From assembly GCA_963815335.1 (NCBI GenBank), contig CAWFGL010000006.1, forward strand, positions 161,610 through 225,609: a DNA stretch of 64,000 bases, in the 5' to 3' direction. The number at the start of each line of letters is the position of its first letter. The first letter of the stretch is position 1. Source of the DNA: an uncultured Actinomycetota bacterium (GTDB lineage: Bacteria > Actinomycetota > Actinomycetes > Propionibacteriales > Nocardioidaceae). The translations under genes were made by a program, and so were the position numbers. Shown piece after piece: positions 44,410 through 53,843 of this stretch. The notes under the pieces are model-generated. The model was given only the letters and a program-made list of their open reading frames with translations, had not been told where the DNA came from and searched no databases.

Positions 44410-45228
44410 TCAGCCGCCCCAGACCGCTTCGATGACGGCGGGGGTCTGCTCGGCGGACGACTCGGTCACGCCCCACGACGCCCACGGACCCGCGAGCAGC
44501 TCGACCCGCGGGTCGGAGGCGGTCGTGGTCGCACCCGTCGGGTCGACGACGAACGCCTGCTGGCCCTCGCGCAGGATGGAGAACGTCGCCGGGCCGGGGC
44601 CGACGTCGTACGTCCCCTCGGCGAGCACGCTCTCCTGGCCGCCCTCGAGGACCGACAGCGTCCACTCGCCCGGGACGGCCACCAGCCGGAACCCGGTGTC
44701 CGGCGCGGTGTCCGAACCGGCTTCGAACCCGGCGGCGAGGCTCCTCTGCCAGGCCACCAGCGTGACGGCACCGGAGTCCGTCTCGGCGAACCGGACGCGG
44801 AAGCCGAGCGAGCGCACGTCGGAGGCCAGCTCGGTCTCGACGAACCCGGCTGCGTAGCTGCCGCTGGTCGGCCGTCCGTGGACCAGGCCCTGGCGGGTCA
44901 GCTCGAGACCGGACGCGTTGCCACCGCCGTCGACGAGGAGCGCACCTTCCGGGAGGGGGTCGCCGGCGGCGAAGTCCGCGCGGCGCTGGTCGGCCACGGT
45001 CGGCGGGGTGGTGCTGACGGTCGGCGACGCGGACGGCGTGGACGCCGTCGGCTCGACGCTCGGGGACTCGTCGGAGCTGAGCGACGACGTCGTCCCGTCC
45101 GTGGCCTCCGAGTCGCCGTCGCCCTCGACGTTCGTGACCGCGAGGTAGCACAGACCGGCGGTGAGGACCGCCAACGCGAACAGGCCGACGTAGTGGCCCA
45201 GGGGCCGCCCGTATCCCCGACGTCGCAT
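44410..45228 (-). CDS. Uncharacterised membrane-anchored protein, paralog of 50762-51532
   Basis: N-terminal TM, Ser/Thr/Pro linker, and an approximately 185-aa beta-rich domain shared with 50762-51532. Confidence 0.75.
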   Translation of the reverse strand: MRRRGYGRPLGHYVGLFALAVLTAGLCYLAVTNVEGDGDSEATDGTTSSLSSDESPSVEPTASTPSASPTVSTTPPTVADQRRADFAAGDPLPEGALLVDGGGNASGLELTRQGLVHGRPTSGSYAAGFVETELASDVRSLGFRVRFAETDSGAVTLVAWQRSLAAGFEAGSDTAPDTGFRLVAVPGEWTLSVLEGGQESVLAEGTYDVGPGPATFSILREGQQAFVVDPTGATTTASDPRVELLAGPWASWGVTESSAEQTPAVIEAVWGG

Positions 45229-45265
45229 CCGAGAACCGTACGCGACGGCTGGGGCAGGAGATGCG

Positions 45266-45294
45266 AAAACCCCCGCAGCGAAACGCTGCGGGGG
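45266..45294 (-). terminator. Intrinsic terminator after hbhA-like gene
   Basis: 11-bp stem CCCCCGCAGCG-AAA-CGCTGCGGGGG followed on the minus strand by GTTTT. Confidence 0.8.
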
Positions 45295-45311
45295 CTCCCG
45301 GTGAGCAGAGG

Positions 45312-45884
45312 TCAGCCGGCGGACTTCGCCGGCGCCTTCTTGGTCGCCTTCTTGGCGGTCGCCTTCTTGGCCGGAGCCTTCTTGGCGGTCGTCTTCTTCG
45401 GCGCAGCCTTCCTCACGACCTTGTCGGCCGGGGCCACGGTCTGGGCGGCCTCGCCACGGAGCTTCTTGACCACGGTCTCGCCGCGCTTGGCGAGGACGTC
45501 GTAGGTGTCGGTGGCGGTCTCGATGTTCGTCGAGACGAACTTCTGGGCGTCGGCCTGGAGGGCCGCGACGCGCTTCTCGATCAGGTCACGACGGGTCGTG
45601 GCCTCCTTCGAGAGCTCGTCCACGCGGGCGGTGACGACGGTCGTGGCCTGCGAGCGCAGGGCCTTCGGCTGGAACTCGAAGCCCTTGACCGACTTCTGCA
45701 CGTCCTCGAACGCCTTGACGGCGTCCTTCTGCACGCCCTCGAGACGCTTCTGCGCCTTCTTCTGCGCGTCGGCGACGTAGGTCTTGACGGTCTCGACGGC
45801 GAGGTCGGCCGCGCCGACTCCGGCGTGCAGCGTCTTGGTCGCCGGGGTCTGGATGGTCTTGATGTCGAACTTGGCGGTGGCCAT
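45312..45884 (-). CDS. Heparin-binding hemagglutinin-like coiled-coil protein with Lys/Ala/Pro-rich tail
   Basis: AGVGAADLAVE, YDVLAKRGE and C-terminal KAAPKKTTAKKAPAKKATAKK; AAGGAG RBS. Confidence 0.8.
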   Translation of the reverse strand: MATAKFDIKTIQTPATKTLHAGVGAADLAVETVKTYVADAQKKAQKRLEGVQKDAVKAFEDVQKSVKGFEFQPKALRSQATTVVTARVDELSKEATTRRDLIEKRVAALQADAQKFVSTNIETATDTYDVLAKRGETVVKKLRGEAAQTVAPADKVVRKAAPKKTTAKKAPAKKATAKKATKKAPAKSAG

Positions 45885-45886
45885 GT

Positions 45887-46285
45887 TCACTCCTTCTCTT
45901 GGTGGTTTTCGTTGATCGCCAGGAATGACGAGTAGACGTCGAGCAGCGACTGCTTCTGGCGCTCGGTCAGCCCGGTGTCGCCGAGGATCGCGAGCTCGAC
46001 CGAGCCCCCGACCCCGTCCTCCGGGCTGATGATCCCGGCGCGGACGTAGAGCGACTCCGCGGAGATCCGCAGCGCCTTCGCGATCTGGGCCAGCACCTCG
46101 GCGGAGGGCTTGCGCAGGCCGCGCTCGATCTGGCTCAGGTAGGGGTTGGACACCCCTGCCTGCTCGGCCAGCTGTCGCAGGGACATGCGCGCACTCGCGC
46201 GCTGCTCCTTGAGGTAGTCACCGAGCGACTCGACGGTCTTGTTGACCGACTCGCCGACCCGCTCTCCTACCGTCACCTTGGCCAT
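45887..46285 (-). CDS. XRE/HTH_3 transcriptional regulator (Rv0474-like)
   Basis: SLRQLAEQAGVSNPYLSQIERGLRKPSA motif. Confidence 0.92.
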   Translation of the reverse strand: MAKVTVGERVGESVNKTVESLGDYLKEQRASARMSLRQLAEQAGVSNPYLSQIERGLRKPSAEVLAQIAKALRISAESLYVRAGIISPEDGVGGSVELAILGDTGLTERQKQSLLDVYSSFLAINENHQEKE

Positions 46286-46367
46286 GTCCCCATTGTGCTA
46301 ACTGGAGTTAGCAAAATGCAAACTCAGAGCCTGTGCATCGAGTCACATCCCGCTAGGACACAGGCAT

Positions 46368-46607
46368 TCAGCCGCTAGCAGAACGCCAGACCCACGCGGC
46401 GTAGAGGAGCCCGGCGAGACCGATCAGGTCGGCCGCGACCAGTCCGTGGTCCGGGGTCACGGAGACGAGAACCGGCCCCTCCATGCTCTTGTTCGCCGGG
46501 AACCAGGCGGCGCAGGAGAGTGCCAGGACGACGGCCGACGGCCGCGGCCAGCGGAGGGTCAGCGCCGCCGAGCAGATGAGCGCTCCCAGCACGAAGCCGG
46601 GGATCAC
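46368..46607 (-). CDS. Small membrane protein
   Basis: 79-aa hydrophobic ORF (GPVLVSVTPDHGLVAADL) with GTGA overlap to the asparaginase stop. Confidence 0.6.
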   Translation of the reverse strand: MIPGFVLGALICSAALTLRWPRPSAVVLALSCAAWFPANKSMEGPVLVSVTPDHGLVAADLIGLAGLLYAAWVWRSASG

Positions 46608-47566
46608 AGGAGCGTCGCCGTGACCCACCCGACGGGCTCGCCGCCACCGAGCAGCTGGTGCAGGCCCGTCGATCGGACCGCCTCGGTGTCGACGCCCGGC
46701 TCGAGGTCGACCCCGGAGCGGGCGAGGGCGGCCGCCATCACCACGGGGCGGGCGCGCTGGCCACCGTCGTCGGTCTTGAGCGCGAACGCGCGGCCGTCGG
46801 GCAGGGCGACGGCGTAGCAGGACTCGGCGCCGGCCTTGCCGATCGCGCCGGGGATGGCGGTGAGCAGCGTGCGCTCGTCCCGGCGGGTGCCGGACACCAT
46901 CGCGGGGTGCGTGCGGATCGCCACGGCCACCCGCGCGCGAGGCCCGTCCGGCGCGGTGGCGACCGCCGCGAAGCCGCGTGCCAGACCGACCAGCGACGTC
47001 GAGAAGAGCGGCGCGCCGCAGCCGTCGACCGCGGTCGCCACGATCGGCTCCCCCGTCAGCCGGCTGAACGCCTCCGCCAGCGCCAGCTGCAGCGGGTGGT
47101 CCACGGCGCGGTACGTCGCGACGTCCCAGCCGTTGATCACGCAGGTCGCGAGCATCGCGGCGTGCTTGCCGGAGCAGTTCATCGCGATCGGCTCCTTGCC
47201 GCGACCCTCCCGCAGCCAGGCGTCGCGCTCGGTGTCGTCGAGCGGCACGTCGGGTGGTGTCTGCAGCGCGGACGCGTCCAGCCCGGCGCCGTCGAGGATC
47301 CGGCGCGCACCCTCGACGTGCATCGGCTCGCCCGAGTGCGACGCGCACGCGAGGGCCAGGAGGTCCGGCGGCAGGTCAAGGCCGAGCTCGACCATGCCGA
47401 CCGCCTGCAACGGCTTGTTGCACGACCGCGGCAGCACGGGCGAGGTCACGTCGCCCACCGACCAGTCGACGGAGCCGTCCGCGGCGAGCGCGACGACCGA
47501 CCCGTAGTGGTGGCCCTCGACGAAGCCCGAGCGGACGACCTCGGCGACGACGACAGGACCTGGCAT
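46604..47566 (-). CDS. Class 3 (Rhizobium etli-type) L-asparaginase family protein
   Basis: RSCNKPLQ, CASHSGE, NCSGKH, DGCGAP and KAGAE motifs. Confidence 0.88.
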   Translation of the reverse strand: MPGPVVVAEVVRSGFVEGHHYGSVVALAADGSVDWSVGDVTSPVLPRSCNKPLQAVGMVELGLDLPPDLLALACASHSGEPMHVEGARRILDGAGLDASALQTPPDVPLDDTERDAWLREGRGKEPIAMNCSGKHAAMLATCVINGWDVATYRAVDHPLQLALAEAFSRLTGEPIVATAVDGCGAPLFSTSLVGLARGFAAVATAPDGPRARVAVAIRTHPAMVSGTRRDERTLLTAIPGAIGKAGAESCYAVALPDGRAFALKTDDGGQRARPVVMAAALARSGVDLEPGVDTEAVRSTGLHQLLGGGEPVGWVTATLL

Positions 47567-47597
47567 GCCGTCAGGCTAGCCAGGTCCTGTTCAGTGC

Positions 47598-47837
47598 TCA
47601 GATGTCGGTGCGGCGGTCGCTCACGACGTGCCGGCCGGCGCTGTCGGTCGTGGTCTCCGTGGTGCGGACGCTGCGCGCCCGGTTGGCGGTGACGGCGGTC
47701 AGGACGAGGGACAGGATGCCGACGAGTGCCAGGATCCAGCCGACCATGGTGAGGTCGACGCCGTTGACCTGGTCGGTGACGGCGAGGGCCAGGATGAGGC
47801 CGACCGCCAGCAGGAATGCTCCGAGGCCGTAGCCCAT
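47598..47837 (-). CDS. Small two-TM protein (DUF6458-like)
   Basis: GLGAFLLAVGLILALAV...GVDLTMVGWILALVG pattern. Confidence 0.7.
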   Translation of the reverse strand: MGYGLGAFLLAVGLILALAVTDQVNGVDLTMVGWILALVGILSLVLTAVTANRARSVRTTETTTDSAGRHVVSDRRTDI

Positions 47838-47996
47838 GATGATCTCCTAAGGTTGGGAGTGCCCCTGAGTTGTCCCCTCGGGGAGCCCGGGGCAAACCCC
47901 TGCCCGCGTGACGTGACACATGGCCCTGGGGCGTAACAGAACGTGCCCCCCGAGACATGGGGCGCTCGACCCCCTCGCCTTTGACAGGATGACGCC

Positions 47997-49739
47997 GTGC
48001 CCGAGTCCGCTCCCCAGTACTGCCCGAGCCCGGTCGAGCTGGACGACCTGGAGCTCCTGCTCGGTCGTGCGGTGCCCGGTGTCGACGCGTTCAACGCCCC
48101 CGGCAGCCCGATCACGCTCCGGCTCCCCGGGTCCGTGGACGAGCAGGCCGGCGCGGCCGGCGCCGTCGAGATCGTCGACCCCGAGGGACTCCCGCTGGCC
48201 CGGGTCGCCTGGCCGGCCGGCACCGTGGAGCCGCTGTCGCACGCGGCGTACGGGCCGTTCCGGCGGCTGCGCCTGACGCCCGAGCAGTACCGCGCCGAGC
48301 ACGCGGGCCGCACCGTCGTCCCCGTGGCGGACGCCCTCACCTCCGCGCAGCTCGCCGCCCTCGCGGAGCTCGGCCCCGTCACCCTGCTGACCCTGGACGG
48401 CACCGGCACACCGGTGCTGTCGCCGGTGGCCCTGGTGCGCGCCACCCTCGCCGCAGCCGCGCTGCTGGACGACGCCGTCGTCGTCACCGTCCCCCTCGCG
48501 TCGCACGGAGACCCGGAGGTCGACCACGCCCTGGGCATCGAGGTCGTCTCGGCGTACGTCGCCGGCGACCCGGTCCACGCGCTCGCCGACGACGACGAGG
48601 GCGAGTACCCCGCCGTGATCGGCGAGATCGTCGAGCGCGACCTCCCGGAGCCCGACCAGCAGGGCCTGGTGCTGTTCTTCACCGGCCTGTCGGGCAGCGG
48701 CAAGTCGACGCTCGCCCGCGCCCTGCTCGACAAGCTGCTCGAGCAGGGGCTGCGCACCGTCACCAGCCTCGACGGCGACGTCGTGCGACGGCACCTGTCG
48801 GCCGGGCTGACGTTCTCGAAGGAGGACCGGGAGACCAACATCCGGCGGATCGGCTGGGTCGCCGCCGAGATCGCCCGGCACGGCGGTGTCGCCGTGGTCA
48901 GCCCGATCGCGCCGTTCGACGAGACCCGACAGCAGGTCCGGGCGATGGTCGCGGACGCCGGGGGCGCGTTCTTCCTGGTCCACGTCGCAACCCCGCTCGA
49001 GGAGTGCGAACGGCGGGACCGCAAGGGCCTCTACGCCAAGGCGCGGGCCGGCGAGATCCCCGAGTTCACGGGCATCTCGTCCCCCTACGAGGAGCCGCAG
49101 GACGCCGACGTCCGTGTCGACACGACCGGGCGCACCATCGAGGACGCGCTCGACGACGTCCTCGCCGGGCTGCGCGAGGCGGGCTACCTCGACCTGTCGC
49201 CGGCCGGGCCGGAGCCCGAGGGCCCGCTGAAGGTGCTGTTCGTCTGCACGGCGAACATCTGCCGCTCCGCGTCGCTGGAGCTGCTCGCCCGGAGGTCGCG
49301 TCCGGACACGGACGACATCGTGTTCTCCAGCGCCGGTGTCCACGGCTTCGTCGACGAGCCGCTGGACGGCGTGATGGCGGCGGCGCTCCCCGACGGGCTC
49401 GACACCGGCTCCTTCCGCAGCCGGGCCCTCGACGACGCCATGCTCGCCGAGGCCGACCTCGTCCTCACCGCGGAGGGCGCGCACCGGACGGCCATCCTCG
49501 ACGAGCACCCCGAGCTGGCCCGATCGGTGCTGACGCTCGGCCAGGCCGCCCTGGCCCTGGGTCGCGCCCCCGAGGGGCTCGACCGCCGCGACCTCCTGCG
49601 CTGGCTGGGCGAGAACCGCGGGCCCGTCGATACCGCACTGGATGTCGCCGACCCCTATCGTCGGGGTCCAGAGGCGGCTTCAGGGTGCGTTGCCCGCCTC
49701 GCGGAGCTGCTGGACGTCGTACTGCCGGCACTGCGCTGA
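47997..49739 (+). CDS. cysC: Adenylyl-sulfate kinase with degenerate Sat-like N-terminus and C-terminal LMW protein-tyrosine-phosphatase domain
   Basis: FTGLSGSGKST, LDGDVVR, SPIAP and KGLYAKARAGEI (APS kinase); then VCTANICRS (CX5R) and ADPY (LMW-PTP). Confidence 0.88.
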   Translation: MPESAPQYCPSPVELDDLELLLGRAVPGVDAFNAPGSPITLRLPGSVDEQAGAAGAVEIVDPEGLPLARVAWPAGTVEPLSHAAYGPFRRLRLTPEQYRAEHAGRTVVPVADALTSAQLAALAELGPVTLLTLDGTGTPVLSPVALVRATLAAAALLDDAVVVTVPLASHGDPEVDHALGIEVVSAYVAGDPVHALADDDEGEYPAVIGEIVERDLPEPDQQGLVLFFTGLSGSGKSTLARALLDKLLEQGLRTVTSLDGDVVRRHLSAGLTFSKEDRETNIRRIGWVAAEIARHGGVAVVSPIAPFDETRQQVRAMVADAGGAFFLVHVATPLEECERRDRKGLYAKARAGEIPEFTGISSPYEEPQDADVRVDTTGRTIEDALDDVLAGLREAGYLDLSPAGPEPEGPLKVLFVCTANICRSASLELLARRSRPDTDDIVFSSAGVHGFVDEPLDGVMAAALPDGLDTGSFRSRALDDAMLAEADLVLTAEGAHRTAILDEHPELARSVLTLGQAALALGRAPEGLDRRDLLRWLGENRGPVDTALDVADPYRRGPEAASGCVARLAELLDVVLPALR

Positions 49740-49772
49740 CCTGCTGATGCGCCCGGAAGAGGGCGGCAGCGG

Positions 49773-50765
49773 ATGGAAGACCTGATCACCACCACGTTCT
49801 TCTCGATCCTGGCGGCGGGCTTCTTCGTCGGCATCGTCGTCGGCCTCACCGGCATGGGCGGTGGTGCGCTGATGACGCCCGCGCTGATCTTCCTGGGCGT
49901 CGGCGAGACGGCCACGGTCGTCACCGCCGACCTCACCGCCGCGGCGATCTACAAGACCGGCGGCGCGATCGTGCACGCGCGGGAGGGCTCCCCCAACCTC
50001 CAGCTGGCGAAGTGGCTGATCCTCGGCTCGGTGCCGATGGCCCTCCTCGGCCCGCACCTGGTGGCGGCCCTCACCAGCGACCCCGACGAGCTGGACTACG
50101 TCCTGAAGATGTCGATCGGCATCGCGCTCCTCCTGGCCGCGTCGACGTACGCGCTGCGGCTGTACATCGGCCTCCGCCGGCTCGGCGGAGGCAAGCCGGA
50201 CGCCGACCCGAACCCTCCGGTGCGCCCGCTGCCGACCCTGCTGGTCGGTGCCCTCGGCGGCCTGCTCGTCGGCATCACGAGCGTCGGCTCGGGCTCGGTG
50301 ATCATGGTGGCGCTGCTGATGCTCTACCCCGGTCTGGCCGCGGTGCGCCTGGTCGGGACCGACCTGGTGCAGGCCGTGCCCCTGGTGCTGGCGGCCGCGA
50401 TCTCGAACATCGCCCTCAACGGTCTCGACTGGGACCTGCTCATCCCGCTGGTCATCGGCTCGGTCCCCGGCACGCTCATCGGCGCCCGGATCGCCCCGCG
50501 CGTCCCGCAGTCCTTCATCCGCCGCGCCATCGTCGTGGTCCTCACGATGAGCGGTGTCGCGCTGCTCGACAAGGCCGGCTGGGCGCCGCTCGGCAAGGAC
50601 GAGACGCACCCCCTGCTGATCGGCGTGGTCGGCCTCGTGATGGTCGTGCTCGTCCCTCTGGTGTGGGGGCTCCTGAGGCGCTCGGAGGGTCTGCCGATGT
50701 TCGGCACCCCGACCGTGGCCCAGCTCGAGGACCCGGAGTACGTCGCGCGCCGGCGCGGCGGTTAG
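49773..50765 (+). CDS. Sulfite exporter TauE/SafE family protein
   Basis: GLTGMGGGALMTP, GITSVGSGS and LVGTDLVQAVP motifs. Confidence 0.9.
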   Translation: MEDLITTTFFSILAAGFFVGIVVGLTGMGGGALMTPALIFLGVGETATVVTADLTAAAIYKTGGAIVHAREGSPNLQLAKWLILGSVPMALLGPHLVAALTSDPDELDYVLKMSIGIALLLAASTYALRLYIGLRRLGGGKPDADPNPPVRPLPTLLVGALGGLLVGITSVGSGSVIMVALLMLYPGLAAVRLVGTDLVQAVPLVLAAAISNIALNGLDWDLLIPLVIGSVPGTLIGARIAPRVPQSFIRRAIVVVLTMSGVALLDKAGWAPLGKDETHPLLIGVVGLVMVVLVPLVWGLLRRSEGLPMFGTPTVAQLEDPEYVARRRGG

Positions 50766-51532
50766 CCCGCCCAGACCGCCTCGAGGGACGCCGGCGTCTG
50801 CTCGGGACCGGTCTCGGAGAGACCCCAGGACGCCCACGTGCCGGCCAGCCGGGCGGCCCGCTTGTCCTTGACCACGGTCACGGCTCCGGTCGGGTCGACG
50901 ACGTAGACCGCGCCCCCGACCCGGCGGACCTCGAAGGTCGCCGGCCCGTCGACGACCTCGTAGCTGCCGGAGCCGATCACCTCGACGTCGCCGTCGACGA
51001 CGGTGAGCTCCCACCGCCCCGGGGACGCCACGAGGCGGAGCCCGGTCGACGGGGTCGGGCCACCGGCGCGGTCGGCGCCGACGAGAGACGACTGCCAGCC
51101 GACCAGGGCGACCGAGCCGGAGTCCGTGGCCGGGAACCGCACCCGTGCGCCGAGGAGCGCCACCTCGCCCGCGAGCTTGGTCTCCACGAAGCCCGCCGCA
51201 CCCGACGCCTCCGGGGCGCCGTGCGCGAGCAGGCCGCCGGCCAGGGCCATGCCCGAGGTGTTCCCGCCCGTGTTGAACACCCGGGCGCCGTCCGGCAGGC
51301 CGTCGCCGATGGTGAAGTCGGCGTGCCGCTGCTCGGCGACGTCCGGGAGCGGCACCGACGGCAGCACGACGTCGACCTCGATGCTGTCGGCCGCGGCCGG
51401 CGCCTCGGCGGCGCCACCGGACGCGAGCGCGCTGCTGCCGGCGGGGCCGATCAGCACGCCCGTCAGCGTCACCGACACGGTGACCGCGGCGGCAGCGCTC
51501 AGCTGCCGCAGCGCACGCGTCCGAGTCGTCAC
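50762..51532 (-). CDS. Uncharacterised secreted protein, paralog of 44410-45228
   Basis: Signal peptide; shared GFVET, TDSG, VVDPTGA, WASWG and EAVW motifs. Confidence 0.75.
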   Translation of the reverse strand: MTTRTRALRQLSAAAAVTVSVTLTGVLIGPAGSSALASGGAAEAPAAADSIEVDVVLPSVPLPDVAEQRHADFTIGDGLPDGARVFNTGGNTSGMALAGGLLAHGAPEASGAAGFVETKLAGEVALLGARVRFPATDSGSVALVGWQSSLVGADRAGGPTPSTGLRLVASPGRWELTVVDGDVEVIGSGSYEVVDGPATFEVRRVGGAVYVVDPTGAVTVVKDKRAARLAGTWASWGLSETGPEQTPASLEAVWAG

Positions 51533-51581
51533 ACTCGATTGTTGCGGCGAAGCGACCCTGCTCTCAGGGAAACGGCAGAAC

Positions 51582-52748
51582 TCAGTCCCGGCCGTACAGG
51601 TCGCGCGTGTAGACCTTCTCCGCGACGTCCTCGAGGACCGGGGACCGCCGGTTGGCGATGATGAGGTCCGCGCGGCGCTTGAACTCGTCGAGGTCCCGCA
51701 CGACGTCGGAGTTGAAGAAGGTGTCCTCCTCGAGCGTGGGCTCGTAGACGATCACCTCGACCCCCTTGGCCTTCAGCCGCTTCATGACCCCCTGGACCGA
51801 GGAGGACCGGAAGTTGTCCGAGCCGGCCTTCATGATCAGCCGGTAGATCCCGACCGTCTCGGGCCGCCGGCTCAGGACGTCCCAGGCGATGAAGTCCTTG
51901 CGGGTCGTGTTCGCGTCGACGATCGCGCTGATCAGGTTCTGCGGCACGTCCCGGTAGTTCGCCTGCAGCTGCATCGTGTCCTTGGGCAGGCAGTAGCCGC
52001 CGTAGCCGAAGCTCGGGTTGTTGTAGTGCGTCCCGATGCGCGGGTCGAGGCCGACCCCCTCGATGACCTCGGCGGGGTCCAGCCCGTGCAGCGCCGCGTA
52101 GGTGTCGAGCTCGTTGAAGTACGCCACGCGCAGCGCCAGGTAGGTGTTGGCGAACAGCTTGATCGCCTCCGCCTCCGACGACCCGGTGAGCAGCACCGTG
52201 ACGTCCGGGTCGAGCGAGCCCTCCCGCAGCAGGTCCGCGACCTGCTTGCCGCGGTCGCCCTCGTCACCCACGACGATCCGCGACGGGTGCAGGTTGTCGT
52301 GCAGGGCCCGGCCCTCGCGCAGGAACTCCGGGCTGAAGACGACGGCCGCGTCGGGGTGGGCCGCGCGCAGCCGCTCGGTGAAGCCCACCGGCACCGTCGA
52401 CTTCACGACCAGCGTGGCGTCGGGGGCCGCCGCGTGGGCCTGCGCCAGCACCGCCTCGACGGAGCGGGTGTCGAAGAAGTTGGTGTCCGGGTCGTAGTCG
52501 GTGGGGGTCGCGATCAGCACGACCTCGGCGCCGTCGTACGCCGTCGCCGCGTCCGTCGTGGCGGTGAGGGACAGGTCGCGGTGGGCGAGGTAGTCCTCGA
52601 GCTCCGGGTCCTCGATCGGCGACTCGCGCCGCTGGAGGGCCGCCACCCGGTCCGGGTCGACGTCGAGCACTCTGACGTCGTGCCGCTGGGCCAGCAGGAC
52701 CGCGTTGGACAGCCCGACGTACCCGGCTCCGACCACGGTGATCCTCAC
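51582..52748 (-). CDS. ugd: UDP-glucose 6-dehydrogenase (388-aa type)
   Basis: [41 protein letters not shown] and [10 protein letters not shown] motifs. Confidence 0.95.
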   Translation of the reverse strand: MRITVVGAGYVGLSNAVLLAQRHDVRVLDVDPDRVAALQRRESPIEDPELEDYLAHRDLSLTATTDAATAYDGAEVVLIATPTDYDPDTNFFDTRSVEAVLAQAHAAAPDATLVVKSTVPVGFTERLRAAHPDAAVVFSPEFLREGRALHDNLHPSRIVVGDEGDRGKQVADLLREGSLDPDVTVLLTGSSEAEAIKLFANTYLALRVAYFNELDTYAALHGLDPAEVIEGVGLDPRIGTHYNNPSFGYGGYCLPKDTMQLQANYRDVPQNLISAIVDANTTRKDFIAWDVLSRRPETVGIYRLIMKAGSDNFRSSSVQGVMKRLKAKGVEVIVYEPTLEEDTFFNSDVVRDLDEFKRRADLIIANRRSPVLEDVAEKVYTRDLYGRD

Positions 52749-52928
52749 GCCCGGAGTTTAGGCGGGAGCCGTGTCGGGAGGCGTGTGTCGCGCGGATGTC
52801 GCGCTGATGTCGGTCGCAAAACAAAACGACGTGCCTTACCCGACATTCGGTACTTGCTTTCGTGACCATCGGGAGTCGCGGCTACTGTGAGGGGTCGCAA
52901 CCACCGATCCAGAGGTCACCGCTTCCCT

Positions 52929-53843
52929 ATGACAGCCACGCACGTCGACTACCGGCTGAGCCAGCTCGACCAGCTCGAGGCCGAGTCGATCCACATCTTC
53001 CGCGAGGTCGCAGCCGAGTTCGAGAAGCCGGTCCTGATGTTCTCGGGCGGCAAGGACTCCATCGTGATGATGCGCCTCGCCGAGAAGGCCTTCTACCCGG
53101 CGAAGATCCCGTTCCCGGTGCTCCAGGTGGACACCGGCTACGACTTCCCCGAGGTCCTGGAGTGCCGCGACAACTGGGTCAACCGGCTCGGCGTCCGCCT
53201 GATCGTGGCCAGCGTCGAGGAGGCCATCAAGGACGGCATCGTCGTCGACGACGGCAAGACGTCGCGCAACCGGCTCCAGATCGGCACCTTGCTCAACGCG
53301 CTCGAGGAGGGCGGCTTCACCGCGGCCTTCGGCGGCGGCCGTCGCGACGAGGAGAAGGCCCGCGCCAAGGAGCGCGTCTACTCCCACCGCGACGAGTTCG
53401 GGCAGTGGGACCCCAAGAACCAGCGCCCCGAGCTGTGGAGCCTCTACAACGGCCGCCTGCACGAGGGCGAGCACATGCGGATCTTCCCGATCAGCAACTG
53501 GACCGAGCTCGACATCTGGGACTACCTCGGCCGCGAGGGCATCGAGATCCCGACCATCTACTTCTCGCACCAGCGCCGGGTCTTCGAGCGTGACGGGATG
53601 CTGCTCACCGAGTCGGACTTCAACCCGTGCCGCGAGGGCGAGACCGTCGAGGAGCGCACCGTCCGCTTCCGCACCGTCGGCGACCTGACGCTGACCGGCT
53701 GCGTGGAGTCCGAGGCGGCGACCATCCCCGAGATCATCGAGGAGATCGCCGTCGCCCGGCTGACCGAGCGTGGCGCCACCCGTGGCGACGACCGGTTCTC
53801 CGAGGCAGCCATGGAGGACCGGAAGAAGGAGGGCTACTTCTGA
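52929..53843 (+). CDS. cysD: Sulfate adenylyltransferase subunit 2
   Basis: FSGGKDS, FGGGRRDEEKARAKER, RIFPISNW and MEDRKKEGYF motifs. Confidence 0.97.
   Translation: MTATHVDYRLSQLDQLEAESIHIFREVAAEFEKPVLMFSGGKDSIVMMRLAEKAFYPAKIPFPVLQVDTGYDFPEVLECRDNWVNRLGVRLIVASVEEAIKDGIVVDDGKTSRNRLQIGTLLNALEEGGFTAAFGGGRRDEEKARAKERVYSHRDEFGQWDPKNQRPELWSLYNGRLHEGEHMRIFPISNWTELDIWDYLGREGIEIPTIYFSHQRRVFERDGMLLTESDFNPCREGETVEERTVRFRTVGDLTLTGCVESEAATIPEIIEEIAVARLTERGATRGDDRFSEAAMEDRKKEGYF

Noticed and set aside
47838-47996. Possible SAM/c-di-GMP riboswitch or Cys leader upstream of cysC (GGGGCAAACCCC hairpin)
   Set aside because: No complete aptamer pattern and no Cys-rich sORF; cysC appears leaderless.
52749-52928. 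Cys-rich leader peptide upstream of cysD
   Set aside because: No short ORF with clustered Cys codons was seen on the plus strand.
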